Position numbers and translations under genes: made by a program. A stretch of 64,000 nt of DNA, from the IMG/VR virus record IMGVR_UViG_3300043428_000060. One strand, written 5' to 3'. Each line of letters opens with the position of its first letter. The stretch's first letter is position 1. Below the pieces are notes generated by a model. That model saw nothing but the letters and a program-made list of their open reading frames with translations, made no database searches and was not told the DNA's origin. Of this stretch, positions 33,321 to 44,611 are shown piece by piece. This stretch comes from an uncultured virus (IMG/VR IMGVR_UViG_3300043428_000060). Taxonomy: Duplodnaviria > Heunggongvirae > Uroviricota > Caudoviricetes.

Positions 33321-36300
33321 TTATTGTATGTAGTTTATTCCACCACATCCTACTCCAGAACCAGAAATTACTCTATCAACTTCTATAAAGTATGGATAAG
33401 TGCCTGCAGGTAAAGTTAGAACACCTGAAGTGGTTGTCCCAATTGTATTTCTGAAAGCATTTAATGATGTTCCATTAATTATCACATCAGTTGTAATACT
33501 AACTGTGCCGGTATTTACTGTTGCAAACGCATTAAAATTAGCATCAGAACCAGTAATTGTTATAAACCCAGTAGTAGTTTCAATAGCCGATACAGTTCCA
33601 CACTTAGATGACCAACTTGTAAATGTAACAGAATTTCTAAAAGGATATATAACAGTTATATTAACAAAATCCGTATTGCCAGATGCTTCCGTCAATGTTA
33701 CTTTTAGATTGAATGTTCCTTCTGCTAAACCGCTTAGATCTTGTAATAATCCACCTGAAGTTATAGTAAATATAGTTGTAGGTGAACCGTCTGCATTTGT
33801 AACAGACCAAGTTAAACCAGCGGTACTTAATCCACCAGCCGGATTTGATCCATTTACCCCGTTAAAATCGTAAATATCTATATCGCCTATATCCATGTTA
33901 AATGGAGTAGTAGGCTTATTAGTTATCGTTGGATTAACATTACTTAAGTAACCATTCTGAACAAAAGAGTTTGATACAGGTGGAGAACCTATGGTAGCTC
34001 TAATGGTAAAAAAGTAATGATTAACTGTTGAGGCATTAAAGCCATAATAAAAATATGCTGCGGGAGCAGTTTTAATTATATATGTGTTTGTAACACCAAC
34101 TCTTTCTAATATGAATTTGCTTGTTACATCAGTAGGAGAAGCTTCACCTGTAAGCACACTATCTAACACTACACTAGTAGGTGTTACATCCGCACCTAAT
34201 ACATCTTTAAATTTGAATGGTGTTGTAACTACCGTCCCAGGTCCATCAGCTTCTGATAATGTAAAACTCCAACCTACCATAGAATCAACACTAGCAGAAG
34301 ATCCGCTTTGTATTGCTGTATTTAATTCGCTTATTAAACCAGATGTTGAAGTTTCCCAATATATATCCAATTTAGATTCTACCGGTTTTGTTTCGTATAC
34401 GGCTAAATTTATGACATCGTTTGTAGAAGTTATTACACCTAGTTCTTGAGGTGTAGACAATCTAGCTATTAAAGGGTCTGAATTTATTTGATAGAAATTT
34501 AAAAAACCAGCGGGAGGTGTAGTTGGAGAAACTCCGTCAGGGTAAAACAAAGAATTACTTGTAGCTATTGTATTAGCAAAAGCATATTCGTTTCCTGGGT
34601 AGTATTGTTCATTGTTATAAGCCAAAGTATTATTATTAACTCTAGGAAATAAAATTACACTACTTCTAAATTGTTTTTGAGCAGGCCCAACCTCACTTAA
34701 ATCTCTTGGTATTTTATTTATATTATCATTAAGCAATACAATATGAGATGTTTTACCTAACTCTAAAGTGGTGCTATTTGGATACGCAGCCATAACCCCA
34801 GGAAGATATACATTATAATAATCTTGCTCTGTTTGTTTTACTACTATTTTGTATGAATACCAACCTAATGGATTATAATTAGGAGATGTTTTGTCCCCAT
34901 TATATATCCCAGGCCATCCCGTTGAAGGGTTTGGAGACGCGGGTTGTATAGGTTGATTGAATAATATTTTTAATGAATTACCAAACCAATTATATGGAGC
35001 CGGAGCACCTGGTTCGGTATATGGTAAATATAAAGACGATGCTCCAAATGAACTGTCAAACGATGATAGCTGATCCGATAATATAACACCTGATTCTCTA
35101 CCAAATCTATCTCCTAATACAACACCTATTTGATAATTCCTATTTTCTTTTACAGAATGATTAGGATATTCTACAACGCTTGTGCCTTCACTAGCGCCAA
35201 AACCAAAACCAAATTTTTCACTTGCTCCTGCATTATAATCTAAATATTTAGGGTAAGTATATTTATCTTGGTAATTACCATAAACAACTCTATTACCGAC
35301 AATCTCTTGACTTAATGCTTTTACAGGAGTTATATCATTAACTCTTATAACATCTCTATTAGGTAATGTTTTAAATGGTTTTTTAGATGGATAATCATAA
35401 CTATATATTTCGCCTGTGGTATTCCAAAAAGAACCGGTCTTTGGTATAGTTGGTATTGCATCTACCGCATTAACGGCTATACTATCCGCTTCTTTATATA
35501 ATATTTCTAATTCTACTATTTTATATAAAGAATACATTGTGTTGGCAGGACATGGTAATGGTATTTGAAGTAATATATCATTAACTTTATTTTCCATAAA
35601 TTCAACAATTGTACTTCTATAAGCACTTGTCTCATCATCCTGTACAGGTTCACCTCCGGGGGCAACTGGTCCTTCATATAAAAAGAATCCATCTTGTTTT
35701 GGTATATAAGCTATTTGGGTAAATGGAGCCATAATTGAATACTCTCCATCTTCAAATTTATATCTATAACTAAATCTAGCATATCTGCTTTCTAAATAAG
35801 CTGGATCACCTGGCCAATCAGCAACATAATATGGATTCGCTGTGCCATCTGGTAAATCAGGGCTAACAACATCGTACATAGTTGTTTCATATTCTCCTGG
35901 GGCAACCACACTTTCACGATAAAGTTGAGGAGCATATAAAGGGCTAAGCTTAGCTACTGATATTTGTTCTTCAACTGTATAATATCCACTATTGTTTGAT
36001 GCATTAATAACATTTATTTTTCTAGGTTGATTTCTATTGTCAGTCCAGAAAAGTAAATTCTCTATTAAATTAATTCCGTATATTGGATATAAAGTTGAAA
36101 AATTAAGGAAAGCACCTGAAACTAATAATTTAGGATTTGCTATTGAAACTGGTTGCAAGTTATTATATACATAAATATAATTGCCAGCAGTTGTGCTATA
36201 TGCAGTTCCATTATAATCCGTTAAAAAAACGTATATATTATTATTTGATTCATCCGGCAAAACGCCAATACATTCTAAGTTTGATTTTCCAGTGATAGAT

Positions 36301-36476
36301 CTAAAATCAACGGCTAAACTATTACCTAATATATTTTGTAATGTTCCAACATCTGAAGCTTCTGACCTATTGACTTCAAGATTTAATGCGTAACGATATT
36401 CATTGTTAGGCATTAATCTATCGTCTATATCTTGGTTCATTTTAGAACTAAGAAAATTATTTTTAATTTCCGCCAT
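33321..36476 (-). CDS. tail/stabilisation (nozzle-like) protein with C-terminal Ig-like extension
   Basis: MNQDIDDRL..NEYRYALN, LFWTDNRNQPRKIN; beta-rich C-terminus. Confidence 0.7.
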   Translation of the reverse strand: MAEIKNNFLSSKMNQDIDDRLMPNNEYRYALNLEVNRSEASDVGTLQNILGNSLAVDFRSITGKSNLECIGVLPDESNNNIYVFLTDYNGTAYSTTAGNYIYVYNNLQPVSIANPKLLVSGAFLNFSTLYPIYGINLIENLLFWTDNRNQPRKINVINASNNSGYYTVEEQISVAKLSPLYAPQLYRESVVAPGEYETTMYDVVSPDLPDGTANPYYVADWPGDPAYLESRYARFSYRYKFEDGEYSIMAPFTQIAYIPKQDGFFLYEGPVAPGGEPVQDDETSAYRSTIVEFMENKVNDILLQIPLPCPANTMYSLYKIVELEILYKEADSIAVNAVDAIPTIPKTGSFWNTTGEIYSYDYPSKKPFKTLPNRDVIRVNDITPVKALSQEIVGNRVVYGNYQDKYTYPKYLDYNAGASEKFGFGFGASEGTSVVEYPNHSVKENRNYQIGVVLGDRFGRESGVILSDQLSSFDSSFGASSLYLPYTEPGAPAPYNWFGNSLKILFNQPIQPASPNPSTGWPGIYNGDKTSPNYNPLGWYSYKIVVKQTEQDYYNVYLPGVMAAYPNSTTLELGKTSHIVLLNDNINKIPRDLSEVGPAQKQFRSSVILFPRVNNNTLAYNNEQYYPGNEYAFANTIATSNSLFYPDGVSPTTPPAGFLNFYQINSDPLIARLSTPQELGVITSTNDVINLAVYETKPVESKLDIYWETSTSGLISELNTAIQSGSSASVDSMVGWSFTLSEADGPGTVVTTPFKFKDVLGADVTPTSVVLDSVLTGEASPTDVTSKFILERVGVTNTYIIKTAPAAYFYYGFNASTVNHYFFTIRATIGSPPVSNSFVQNGYLSNVNPTITNKPTTPFNMDIGDIDIYDFNGVNGSNPAGGLSTAGLTWSVTNADGSPTTIFTITSGGLLQDLSGLAEGTFNLKVTLTEASGNTDFVNITVIYPFRNSVTFTSWSSKCGTVSAIETTTGFITITGSDANFNAFATVNTGTVSITTDVIINGTSLNAFRNTIGTTTSGVLTLPAGTYPYFIEVDRVISGSGVGCGGINYIQ

Positions 36477-36480
36477 TTAA

Positions 36481-37713
36481 TTAATGTTTAATCCATTTTG
36501 ATTGTCCTCTTAATACTTGAGATATTTCTTCAAGTTTAATATTAGATAATCTTATTTTAGCATTTCTTAATTTAGCACTCTTCTCTTGTTTAAGTCTTTG
36601 TACTAAATATTCGGGTTGATTAGCTCGGGTTGAAACAATTGCATGTAACAAATAAGCATACATTGCCTCTTCAGCAAGTTTAGGAACTCTTGAGTCCATC
36701 TCATAAGCTAATCCATCAGAAATATATTCTAATACAATAAGCTTACCAATAAGGTTACTACTAAAAGCAATTTTACCTTCTCTGTCATTTATTGTAAAGT
36801 ATCCATTTGTATTTGCATACTGGGGATCCATTCCGTATCTTCTTCCGTACCAAGCGTTTTGCACCCAAGCATCCCCATTATACCAATCGCCTACAAAATA
36901 ATCTGCACCAAAAATTTCAATATCAGCATTATTTCTTTTCCATCTTCTTTCAGTTATAGAAGTTCCTTCTATATTAGAATCAAAGTTATCTTGGATTGGC
37001 ACTCCGTTATCATCTTGCAACGGAGTTGCATAAGGATCTATCGTAAGATTGTTTGTTGGATATATAATATGTTTTACACCATGGTAATCAATCCATGACA
37101 TGCGTACATAATTAACATAATCCTGAGGTATAACCACATTTAAGTTATGCGGTATTGTAAGCTCTTGCGACTTTATACTTTTTAAAGTATCATAACTAAA
37201 TTCTTGTAACGCTCTTTTAGTATGGAATATAACATCTGTCTTTTTAACAGAACTTATTAATTTACCATTACCAACATAAGCAATCATAAAGTTATTTACT
37301 ACATCCTCTAAAGTAATATACTCGTAAGAACCATAATTGTTTTCTACGGTATTGCCATAAGCATAACTTGATGGATCTGACCAATCGCCATAATTACCAC
37401 CGTCCAGTGTTTTAAGTTGAACAACAACATAAGTTCCATTTGCTAAAGTACCAACTGTTGTTATAGTATTACCGCTTACAGAATAATTGCTTGTGTATTC
37501 AGTAAATGTTCCAGGATAACCATTAGGGCTGGTATATAGTTTAAAGTTATTTAATCCATAATCAACATTAGAAGGATCATAATTACCAAATACTAGATTA
37601 GTATCAAACGTTGTTGTAAATGCCCTCTGAGTTCCATCAGCTAAGAAACTTTGTGCTCCTTCGTAATATTGTCTATTTGTTTCGGTAATTAAACCGTTAT
37701 CTGGTATCGCCAT
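36481..37713 (-). CDS. virion structural protein (tail ring/adaptor-like)
   Basis: IPQDYVNYVR motif; position in the structural operon. Confidence 0.6.
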   Translation of the reverse strand: MAIPDNGLITETNRQYYEGAQSFLADGTQRAFTTTFDTNLVFGNYDPSNVDYGLNNFKLYTSPNGYPGTFTEYTSNYSVSGNTITTVGTLANGTYVVVQLKTLDGGNYGDWSDPSSYAYGNTVENNYGSYEYITLEDVVNNFMIAYVGNGKLISSVKKTDVIFHTKRALQEFSYDTLKSIKSQELTIPHNLNVVIPQDYVNYVRMSWIDYHGVKHIIYPTNNLTIDPYATPLQDDNGVPIQDNFDSNIEGTSITERRWKRNNADIEIFGADYFVGDWYNGDAWVQNAWYGRRYGMDPQYANTNGYFTINDREGKIAFSSNLIGKLIVLEYISDGLAYEMDSRVPKLAEEAMYAYLLHAIVSTRANQPEYLVQRLKQEKSAKLRNAKIRLSNIKLEEISQVLRGQSKWIKH

Positions 37714-37720
37714 ATTCTAT

Positions 37721-38488
37721 TTAGCTTTTTGAATTTATATCCTCTAATTGAGATTGTTGAGCTGCTGCTTGTACAATCTGCGGGTCCTTTATTATTATAC
37801 CAGCATACATTAATATTTTTATTATTAATCTTGTTTGCTCTGACTCATGTAACTCAAAATTTCTAGACCCAGTGGCTGGTGTGCCTGGTGAATAAGGAGC
37901 TGGGTTATATATATATTGACCTCTTGATCCAACTGTAAATCCCCAAACAGGATCCAAAGGTTTTCTAATATAGTTTGCGGTGATGTTAGTTATTATTGAG
38001 CTAGGCGCTACAATGATTCTTCCCGACTCTCTTAAGAATGTAGGATTCTTTTCTGTGGAAGCTGTTAACCTTGAATTTTGTATGTAGTAAAATTCTGATT
38101 TTTGTAATTCTTCTAATGGCCCAATGCTTGTATTGTAAATATTTTTATATGCCAATGACCCTAATCTGTATGGAGAGCATACTAGACCATAAGAATCAGT
38201 TGTAGGCAATGAAAAATATCCGCCTGCTGAATTGGTAGTATACGTACATAATCCTGTTGTTTCAAATATAGACATCTTCTCTTCAATATTTACAACTCGA
38301 TCAGCATAATTCTCGTCGCTTTGTGGAACTCGGAGTTGTTGATTCAAATCATCAAAGTATTGTTCGAATATTTCAAGCTGTACTTGAGTTGCTGTCCTAT
38401 TAAACTCTTGTGGTGTCATATAACCACGTTGTTCTTTGTTTAATATAGATAAAACCGTTTTATAAACTATGTCTACGTTTACTGCCAT
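37721..38488 (-). CDS. head-tail adaptor/ring protein
   Basis: NKEQRGYMTPQEFN...YIRKP; position. Confidence 0.6.
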   Translation of the reverse strand: MAVNVDIVYKTVLSILNKEQRGYMTPQEFNRTATQVQLEIFEQYFDDLNQQLRVPQSDENYADRVVNIEEKMSIFETTGLCTYTTNSAGGYFSLPTTDSYGLVCSPYRLGSLAYKNIYNTSIGPLEELQKSEFYYIQNSRLTASTEKNPTFLRESGRIIVAPSSIITNITANYIRKPLDPVWGFTVGSRGQYIYNPAPYSPGTPATGSRNFELHESEQTRLIIKILMYAGIIIKDPQIVQAAAQQSQLEDINSKS

Positions 38489-38510
38489 TTGTTATATTTA
38501 TTATAATATT

Positions 38511-38548
38511 TAGGCAGTTATTGCAGTTTTAAGTACAATAACCGCCTA
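38511..38548 (-). terminator. intergenic hairpin (terminator or RNA processing site)
   Basis: TAGGCAGTTATTG...CAATAACCGCCTA inverted repeat. Confidence 0.55.
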
Positions 38549-38565
38549 TATATTAATATTACGTA

Positions 38566-39432
38566 TTATTTAAGTTTTTTCTCAATAGACTTGAAAATTT
38601 GGATACCTTCATCAGTCTTAAAGAAAGCCGCCATTGCTGAGTATGGATTTTCATCAAATGGCACTGTCATTAATTTTCTATCGTTTTCACCCCACATAAA
38701 TGTACGTTGATCTTGTGATAGTTTTATAATATTATTTTCTGTAGCTCTAATTGCTAAGTTTCTTAATTGAACATTATCGTCATTAGCCAGTTCTAAGAAC
38801 AAAGAAGGATTTCTTCTAGCAAATAACAACAAGTCTCTTTTTATCTCCTTAGAGCTCATCTTATTAACTCTAGAACCAACCTCTACACGTACAATTGCTT
38901 CAGCTTCGTCAATATCCATTTCAAAAGCAGCATTCATAGCTTCGTATTCTAATTCTAGATAATCTAAATCATCTTCAGCTTCAGCAGTTGGATCAAATTC
39001 AGTATATTTAGAATTTAAACCAGGGTGATAAAGTGATAATAATTTTTGTAAGTTTTGTTTTTCTTTTGGAACATGTAAAATACCGTTCTCAAACATAATA
39101 TGACCCAAAGTAACTTGACCTTTTTGTTGGCTAACTAATGGTGAATTTTGGTTTGTAGCATATCTAAGCTCTTCTTGTTCGCCTGTTTCTTTGTTAAACC
39201 ATATAAGTGGGTATCTAAGCGTATGTTTGCTTTGTAAAGTATAAGTCAAAGATGGATGACTATCAGCAATTACGTATGTTCTATCTTTTATTTCCCATGA
39301 AGGCGCACTAGGTTTCTTTTCTTGTACTACCTGTTTTGGTTTTGCAACCTCTTCTACTGCTTGTACAGTTTCTGTTGCGATGAATTCTTTTTCTGCGCTA
39401 ACTTGAGCGTCTTCTTTTTTAGCTACTGCCAT
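38566..39432 (-). CDS. conserved hypothetical protein downstream of the capsid gene
   Basis: 288-aa ORF in the structural operon. Confidence 0.75.
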   Translation of the reverse strand: MAVAKKEDAQVSAEKEFIATETVQAVEEVAKPKQVVQEKKPSAPSWEIKDRTYVIADSHPSLTYTLQSKHTLRYPLIWFNKETGEQEELRYATNQNSPLVSQQKGQVTLGHIMFENGILHVPKEKQNLQKLLSLYHPGLNSKYTEFDPTAEAEDDLDYLELEYEAMNAAFEMDIDEAEAIVRVEVGSRVNKMSSKEIKRDLLLFARRNPSLFLELANDDNVQLRNLAIRATENNIIKLSQDQRTFMWGENDRKLMTVPFDENPYSAMAAFFKTDEGIQIFKSIEKKLK

Positions 39433-39454
39433 AATATAATATAATTTAATAGAT

Positions 39455-39500
39455 TTTTTAAAAAGGTAATAATTACCCCCGTAGTTTCAACAGGGGTAAT
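39455..39500 (-). terminator. intrinsic terminator after the major capsid gene
   Basis: ATTACCCC/GGGGTAAT stem followed by a T-rich tract on the minus strand. Confidence 0.7.
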
Positions 39501-39512
39501 ATCACCAGGTAA

Positions 39513-40979
39513 TTACGCTACAGAAGAAGTGAACAACACGAAGTTGTTAGCTGCTTGAGTAACTAAACATCTTTCAGACAAGAAGTGTACTTGCATTGCA
39601 TCAAGATCAGAAGTGTAAGCACCTCCAACAGATCCAGTGATCCAGTTTTTCATTCTTCTATCGTCAGCTTGGTTAGCTCTATAACGAACGTGTAAGAATG
39701 GACGACGGATATTAGTACCTAATTGTTGATCGTATACTGTAGATGTACCAGCTGGAACAAGAACACCATCAATAGAAGTGTTAGCCATTCCACCACGAGT
39801 AGAAGCATCATTTAAGTATTTCCAATCAGTTTTGTAGAAATCGTAAGATCCACGACGGAATCCAGAGAATCCTAAATTCAAAGCCATTTGCTCAGAGTTT
39901 TCAAACAATCCGTAAGCAACACCACCAGCAGCACCAGCAGATAAAGAAGCTAACATATCATCAAAGTCAAGAGAAGTAGCGCGGTTCAAGAAGAACATGT
40001 TTTCTTCAATAGCCCCTTGAGTATCTAAGTTTTTCAAGATTGAATCAAAATCACCTAATCCAGCAGCAGCAGTAAAGTTATTTACAACGTTACCTCTTTC
40101 TTTAACTGCAGAGAAAAGACCTTGAGTTCCTTTAATGTTATTAGATCCTAAAGTAGAACCTCCAGAAACTAATTCACCCTCAATAACTGACATCTCTAAG
40201 TAATCTTCAAAACGCAAACGAGTTTCAGATTCAGCTTTCAAATACCATAAGTATCCAGAAGTACCTTCTTCAGTTGCAACTTCAACCCATCCGATTTGAG
40301 CAGTGTCAGATCCAGAGATTTGGTATCTTTCTTTGATGATGATTGGAGAGTTACTGTATTGAGTGAATGAAGGAGTTACAGAGTTTAAACTTGCATCAGT
40401 AGTTCCTTTTTTGAATTCAGAACCATAAACGAAGATTTTAAGATCTGTTGCTCCAGCAAAGTTTACTACGTTACCAGCACCAGTAGTTAAATCTAACTGA
40501 GTGTATGGTTTAACAGTAATAACAGCAGGGTTTGTAGCTCCACCTGTTCCAGTAGCAGCGTCAGCAGTAGAAGCCGTAACATAAACTTTAAGTTCTTTTC
40601 CTGTAGAAGGACTCATAACTACTAAAGTTTGACCTACAGAAATAACGTTGTTTACAAAGTTAGCACCAGTACCACCAGTAACAAAAGTTAAAGTTGTAGC
40701 AGAAGCACAAGTTACATCTTTGTAAGCAATGTGTAATCTATTTTGTTCAGACCATACTACCTGATCAGAAGACATTGGCATTTCAGCACCAACCATACGT
40801 AAGAATCCAGATAAAGTTCTGTTTCCGAAACGTTCTACTTCTGCTTCATATACTTCTGGTAAATATTGTTGCGCGAAATCATTACCACTTCCATCTGTAA
40901 AGTTTAAGTAATTTGTTTCTAGCGCTTGTTGTTTTTGAGACGGTTTAATAGTCCCAAACTGTGGAGTCACATTAGACAT
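39513..40979 (-). CDS. major capsid protein
   Basis: Follows the scaffold gene; strong high-expression codon bias; QIGWVEV, RLRFEDYLE, GTQGLF motifs. Confidence 0.88.
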   Translation of the reverse strand: MSNVTPQFGTIKPSQKQQALETNYLNFTDGSGNDFAQQYLPEVYEAEVERFGNRTLSGFLRMVGAEMPMSSDQVVWSEQNRLHIAYKDVTCASATTLTFVTGGTGANFVNNVISVGQTLVVMSPSTGKELKVYVTASTADAATGTGGATNPAVITVKPYTQLDLTTGAGNVVNFAGATDLKIFVYGSEFKKGTTDASLNSVTPSFTQYSNSPIIIKERYQISGSDTAQIGWVEVATEEGTSGYLWYLKAESETRLRFEDYLEMSVIEGELVSGGSTLGSNNIKGTQGLFSAVKERGNVVNNFTAAAGLGDFDSILKNLDTQGAIEENMFFLNRATSLDFDDMLASLSAGAAGGVAYGLFENSEQMALNLGFSGFRRGSYDFYKTDWKYLNDASTRGGMANTSIDGVLVPAGTSTVYDQQLGTNIRRPFLHVRYRANQADDRRMKNWITGSVGGAYTSDLDAMQVHFLSERCLVTQAANNFVLFTSSVA

Positions 40980-40990
40980 AATCGTAATTT

Positions 40991-42172
40991 TTAATTGTTA
41001 AATTTTTTTGTTTGTATTCTTAATTTAGAAGAATCGAAACCACTAATAGACTTCACTTTTAATCCATTTACAAACACATCTCCAGGAGCTTGTCTTGGTT
41101 GTGTTGAACTTGGGTTTTTAGAGCTAGCTATAACCTCTTTAACTGCGTCGGCTTTACCTTGTTCATAAAAGTGTTGCGCGATTTTGTCTGAGTTCATTGC
41201 GGTGTAGAGAGCTTTATGATAACCAGCGGTATCAGCAACATTACCTTCTTTATCTAGGAACTTCCCTAAGAAATTGTTGATGTCTGATTGTTTTTCTGCA
41301 ACCTGCTCTTGGTTTTGAACACCATACCTAAAACGTTTTTCACCAACATTATATTCAAAACCTTTGAATTCGCCGTTAAATAAATTTTTAGTATTGTTTT
41401 TAAACCTAGCATGTTTTTCAGCATTCTGCTCTTCGGTCTTCTTATATCGATTAAAAAAGTCGTAAGCTTCTTGTTGTTCTTTTGGTACACTTGTTGATCT
41501 CAACTTGATTTCATTATAGTACTTTGATTTAAGATCTTCTAAGAAACTTTTGGCTTTTGCAACCTCTTCTTTAAATGCGAGTTTTTTCTTTCTGATGTCT
41601 CGCTCATCATCTAATTCTTCATCATAACTAAATTCATCTTCCATTAGAAATTCAATTTCTTCAGAATCTAAATGCGGTCTTGATTTCTTATAATATTCTT
41701 TTAGCAAAGCTTCATTGTTAATAGAAGAGTAGTCCGTATTTAAACGAGCATAATCATCTATTGTCCCACCTGTTTCTTCCATAAAGCTAATAAGCTTTTC
41801 GATGTTTTCAGGTAATGGCTTTCCTGTATTTATTTGTTCCTGTACGTGATGCTCAATTTGATCTTCAATACTTTGTGTATTTACTTCTGGCTCCTCAATT
41901 TCTTGAATAACATCTTCAATGGGCCTTTCGTCTCCTTGTCCCACTTCTTGCAATCCCAATTCGGGTTGTTCTGTGCGTAACACGCTTTCCTCTGTGCTTG
42001 ACTCTTGAATGGCATCTTTTTCTGTATTAGGAATAATTACTTTTGTTATTTCCTGTTCTGCTGCAGGCGTAGACAAATCAACCTTAGTTATGTTATCTGC
42101 TTTAGATAAATTTCTAGGCTTCTTTGGCTTCTGCATTTTGAAGTCTCCTTCTTGTTTAATAATTTCTGACAT
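40991..42172 (-). CDS. capsid scaffolding protein
   Basis: Acidic, helical; between portal and capsid genes. Confidence 0.7.
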   Translation of the reverse strand: MSEIIKQEGDFKMQKPKKPRNLSKADNITKVDLSTPAAEQEITKVIIPNTEKDAIQESSTEESVLRTEQPELGLQEVGQGDERPIEDVIQEIEEPEVNTQSIEDQIEHHVQEQINTGKPLPENIEKLISFMEETGGTIDDYARLNTDYSSINNEALLKEYYKKSRPHLDSEEIEFLMEDEFSYDEELDDERDIRKKKLAFKEEVAKAKSFLEDLKSKYYNEIKLRSTSVPKEQQEAYDFFNRYKKTEEQNAEKHARFKNNTKNLFNGEFKGFEYNVGEKRFRYGVQNQEQVAEKQSDINNFLGKFLDKEGNVADTAGYHKALYTAMNSDKIAQHFYEQGKADAVKEVIASSKNPSSTQPRQAPGDVFVNGLKVKSISGFDSSKLRIQTKKFNN

Positions 42173-42205
42173 GATATAATAATATAAAATTGGTTAATAA
42201 GCGTG

Positions 42206-44611
42206 TTACATTCCAAGCATCGAATTTAAGTCTCCTGAAAATTCATTATCTGAAGTTTCAAAATCTTTAGGCAACGAATTGTTTTTACGTTGGTCTATTA
42301 GTTCTGATTGTTGAGTTGCTTGAATTTTTGTTCTAGCATCTTTACGATCTTCTGCTGCTTGTAAGTTCTTATCTATTGTTTGAGCTTTGATTTGAGCCAG
42401 TTGCATATCGTATTGATACTGTAATTCCATAAGCTGCTTTTTAATTTCAGCTTCTGTTTGCATTCTTTGTATCTCAAATTGCGACTTAGCTTGCTCAACA
42501 TTAACGGTTTCTTGTGTTAATGCTTGTTGTTTTTGCACCTCAAACAAAGCTGCTTTCTCTGCTGTCTGTTGATTTGCTTGCGCTTGTGCCTGAATATTAG
42601 CCATTTGCGCTTCTTGCATTGCTTTTTGTTTTTTCTTCTTTCTAAACTTTAACGTTTGATTAGCTAACTTTAGATTTTTGATTTGGCGAATATCAATAGC
42701 ATCATCTAAATCTATACCACCTGTTTGCAATGCAACTTGTATGTTTTGTTCTAATAAAGCTTTTTCTTCTTCATCAGGTTCTAATTCTAAGTAAATACCA
42801 AAATCATAAAGGTTTAAGTATTTAATTTCTTTTAAGGTAGCTACATTATAAGTAGTAATACTTTCTTCTAGCACCTTAGCTAGTAATGGGTAATCAAGGC
42901 AATCTGCAATTCTAAGTGAGATGTTTTCGCATATCCTAAGAGCTATAAATAAGCTTGATTGTAAAATATGTTTGGTAGCTGTATTTGATGCGTTAGCGGC
43001 CATCTTTTGAAGCCCTACAAGCGTATCTCTTTCTGGCATACTTCCGTCACGCGCTTCATTAAGTCCCGTAACATCTCTTATCATTTGTAAATAATATTGA
43101 TAAGTCTGTATAAGCGATTGTATTTTTGCTTGACCAGATGAACTACTTAATTCCTGAATAGGAACTTTACCAGCATTCATATTACCATCTTGAGTAAGTG
43201 ATCTGCCAATTATACTACCAGTTTGGAAATACATATTTAATGCTTCCGCTGGATTATAATTTGTACCATTACCTAAATCAACTTCAGCTAAACCATCAAC
43301 ATCTACAAATACTCCATCAGGAACCATCTTAGACATTACTTGTTGTAACTTAAGGTGGGTTAATTGGATCATATCCGCAAAACCTGTAATCTTATTTACA
43401 ATAGAATCAATTCTACCTTTGTACATTCTAGGCGCTGAAATAACATAATTCATTTCAACTTTAGTCATATTAGAATATGGACGAGACATGTTCTCTGATA
43501 ACTTCCATTCTAACATCATATTTGTACCTAAGATCTTTGCTCCTGAATATAATACTTCAATTGATCTTGATACTTTATCAAACTTGTCACTTGGCGGTGG
43601 ATTAAAATCGTCAGTCTTTTCAAGGACTTTCTCCATTCCGTTTTCACCGTATTTTATTTTGAATACTTGGTTCATATAAGTTTTATACTCAAAGTATAAT
43701 ACCTGAACCGTATTCTCGTCATAGTTACCCCATCCTGTAATATATTGTCTATTACCAGGCATTTGTTGTATCTTATATAATTCGTCAGCCGATAAATGAG
43801 GGAATTGCATTTGCAACTCTGGAATTGTAACAGCTTTAACTTCTCCAACATAATATATATCTTCAAAGTTTGGATCTTCAGTATAAGAATAAACTAAATA
43901 AGCAGGGTCTACGTATTCTGTTTTAATACCTTCACTAACATTAAAGTTAGTTTTAGCGCATGCAATACCTATAACTGTAAGGTCATAGTTTAATCTTCTT
44001 TTAATTAAGTCCCATTTATTCTGAGCCAAAGTATTATTGATAGCTTCTTCTTCTGCAATTTCAATAGATTGCTTATAGTCTAGTTGCATGTGAAGTTCTA
44101 ATTCTTCTTTAGTTTCCGGTAATTCATCTTTTGATAACGGAGAACTAGCAAAGTCTTCACCAGTTAAAGCTCTAGCTTTGTCAAGTAAATCTTGAGAATA
44201 CATATCTCTAAGAATAGCTTGAGCGTAATTTGTTTTTGATTTTAAAGACTCCGGATCCTGAGCGTAAGCTTTTATATCGTAACTTTTTTGTGACATACCG
44301 TTAACTACGATGTCAACAAACTTTGATATAATTGGTACAGGTTTCCAGTCTAAGTTTAAATATGAAATATCACCATTGGTAGCTAATTCATCTTTATATT
44401 TTTGTACAGATTGTTCTCCTCTAGCATACAGTCTTAATTGGTGAAAGTTATTCCAATTAGTTAAATATCTATTACCAGTAGTTCTACCCTGTTCAAACCA
44501 TTCTTGTTCTATAGCACGTGATACTTGTAACCCGTACTCTTCAGACGCTTTAACTGAATCAGGTACTACCTGACTTGGGAAGGCACTATTTGTATTTGTG
44601 TATATATTCAT
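42206..44611 (-). CDS. portal protein
   Basis: 801 aa after terminase; Gln-rich coiled-coil C-terminal barrel typical of podoviral portals. Confidence 0.88.
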   Translation of the reverse strand: MNIYTNTNSAFPSQVVPDSVKASEEYGLQVSRAIEQEWFEQGRTTGNRYLTNWNNFHQLRLYARGEQSVQKYKDELATNGDISYLNLDWKPVPIISKFVDIVVNGMSQKSYDIKAYAQDPESLKSKTNYAQAILRDMYSQDLLDKARALTGEDFASSPLSKDELPETKEELELHMQLDYKQSIEIAEEEAINNTLAQNKWDLIKRRLNYDLTVIGIACAKTNFNVSEGIKTEYVDPAYLVYSYTEDPNFEDIYYVGEVKAVTIPELQMQFPHLSADELYKIQQMPGNRQYITGWGNYDENTVQVLYFEYKTYMNQVFKIKYGENGMEKVLEKTDDFNPPPSDKFDKVSRSIEVLYSGAKILGTNMMLEWKLSENMSRPYSNMTKVEMNYVISAPRMYKGRIDSIVNKITGFADMIQLTHLKLQQVMSKMVPDGVFVDVDGLAEVDLGNGTNYNPAEALNMYFQTGSIIGRSLTQDGNMNAGKVPIQELSSSSGQAKIQSLIQTYQYYLQMIRDVTGLNEARDGSMPERDTLVGLQKMAANASNTATKHILQSSLFIALRICENISLRIADCLDYPLLAKVLEESITTYNVATLKEIKYLNLYDFGIYLELEPDEEEKALLEQNIQVALQTGGIDLDDAIDIRQIKNLKLANQTLKFRKKKKQKAMQEAQMANIQAQAQANQQTAEKAALFEVQKQQALTQETVNVEQAKSQFEIQRMQTEAEIKKQLMELQYQYDMQLAQIKAQTIDKNLQAAEDRKDARTKIQATQQSELIDQRKNNSLPKDFETSDNEFSGDLNSMLGM

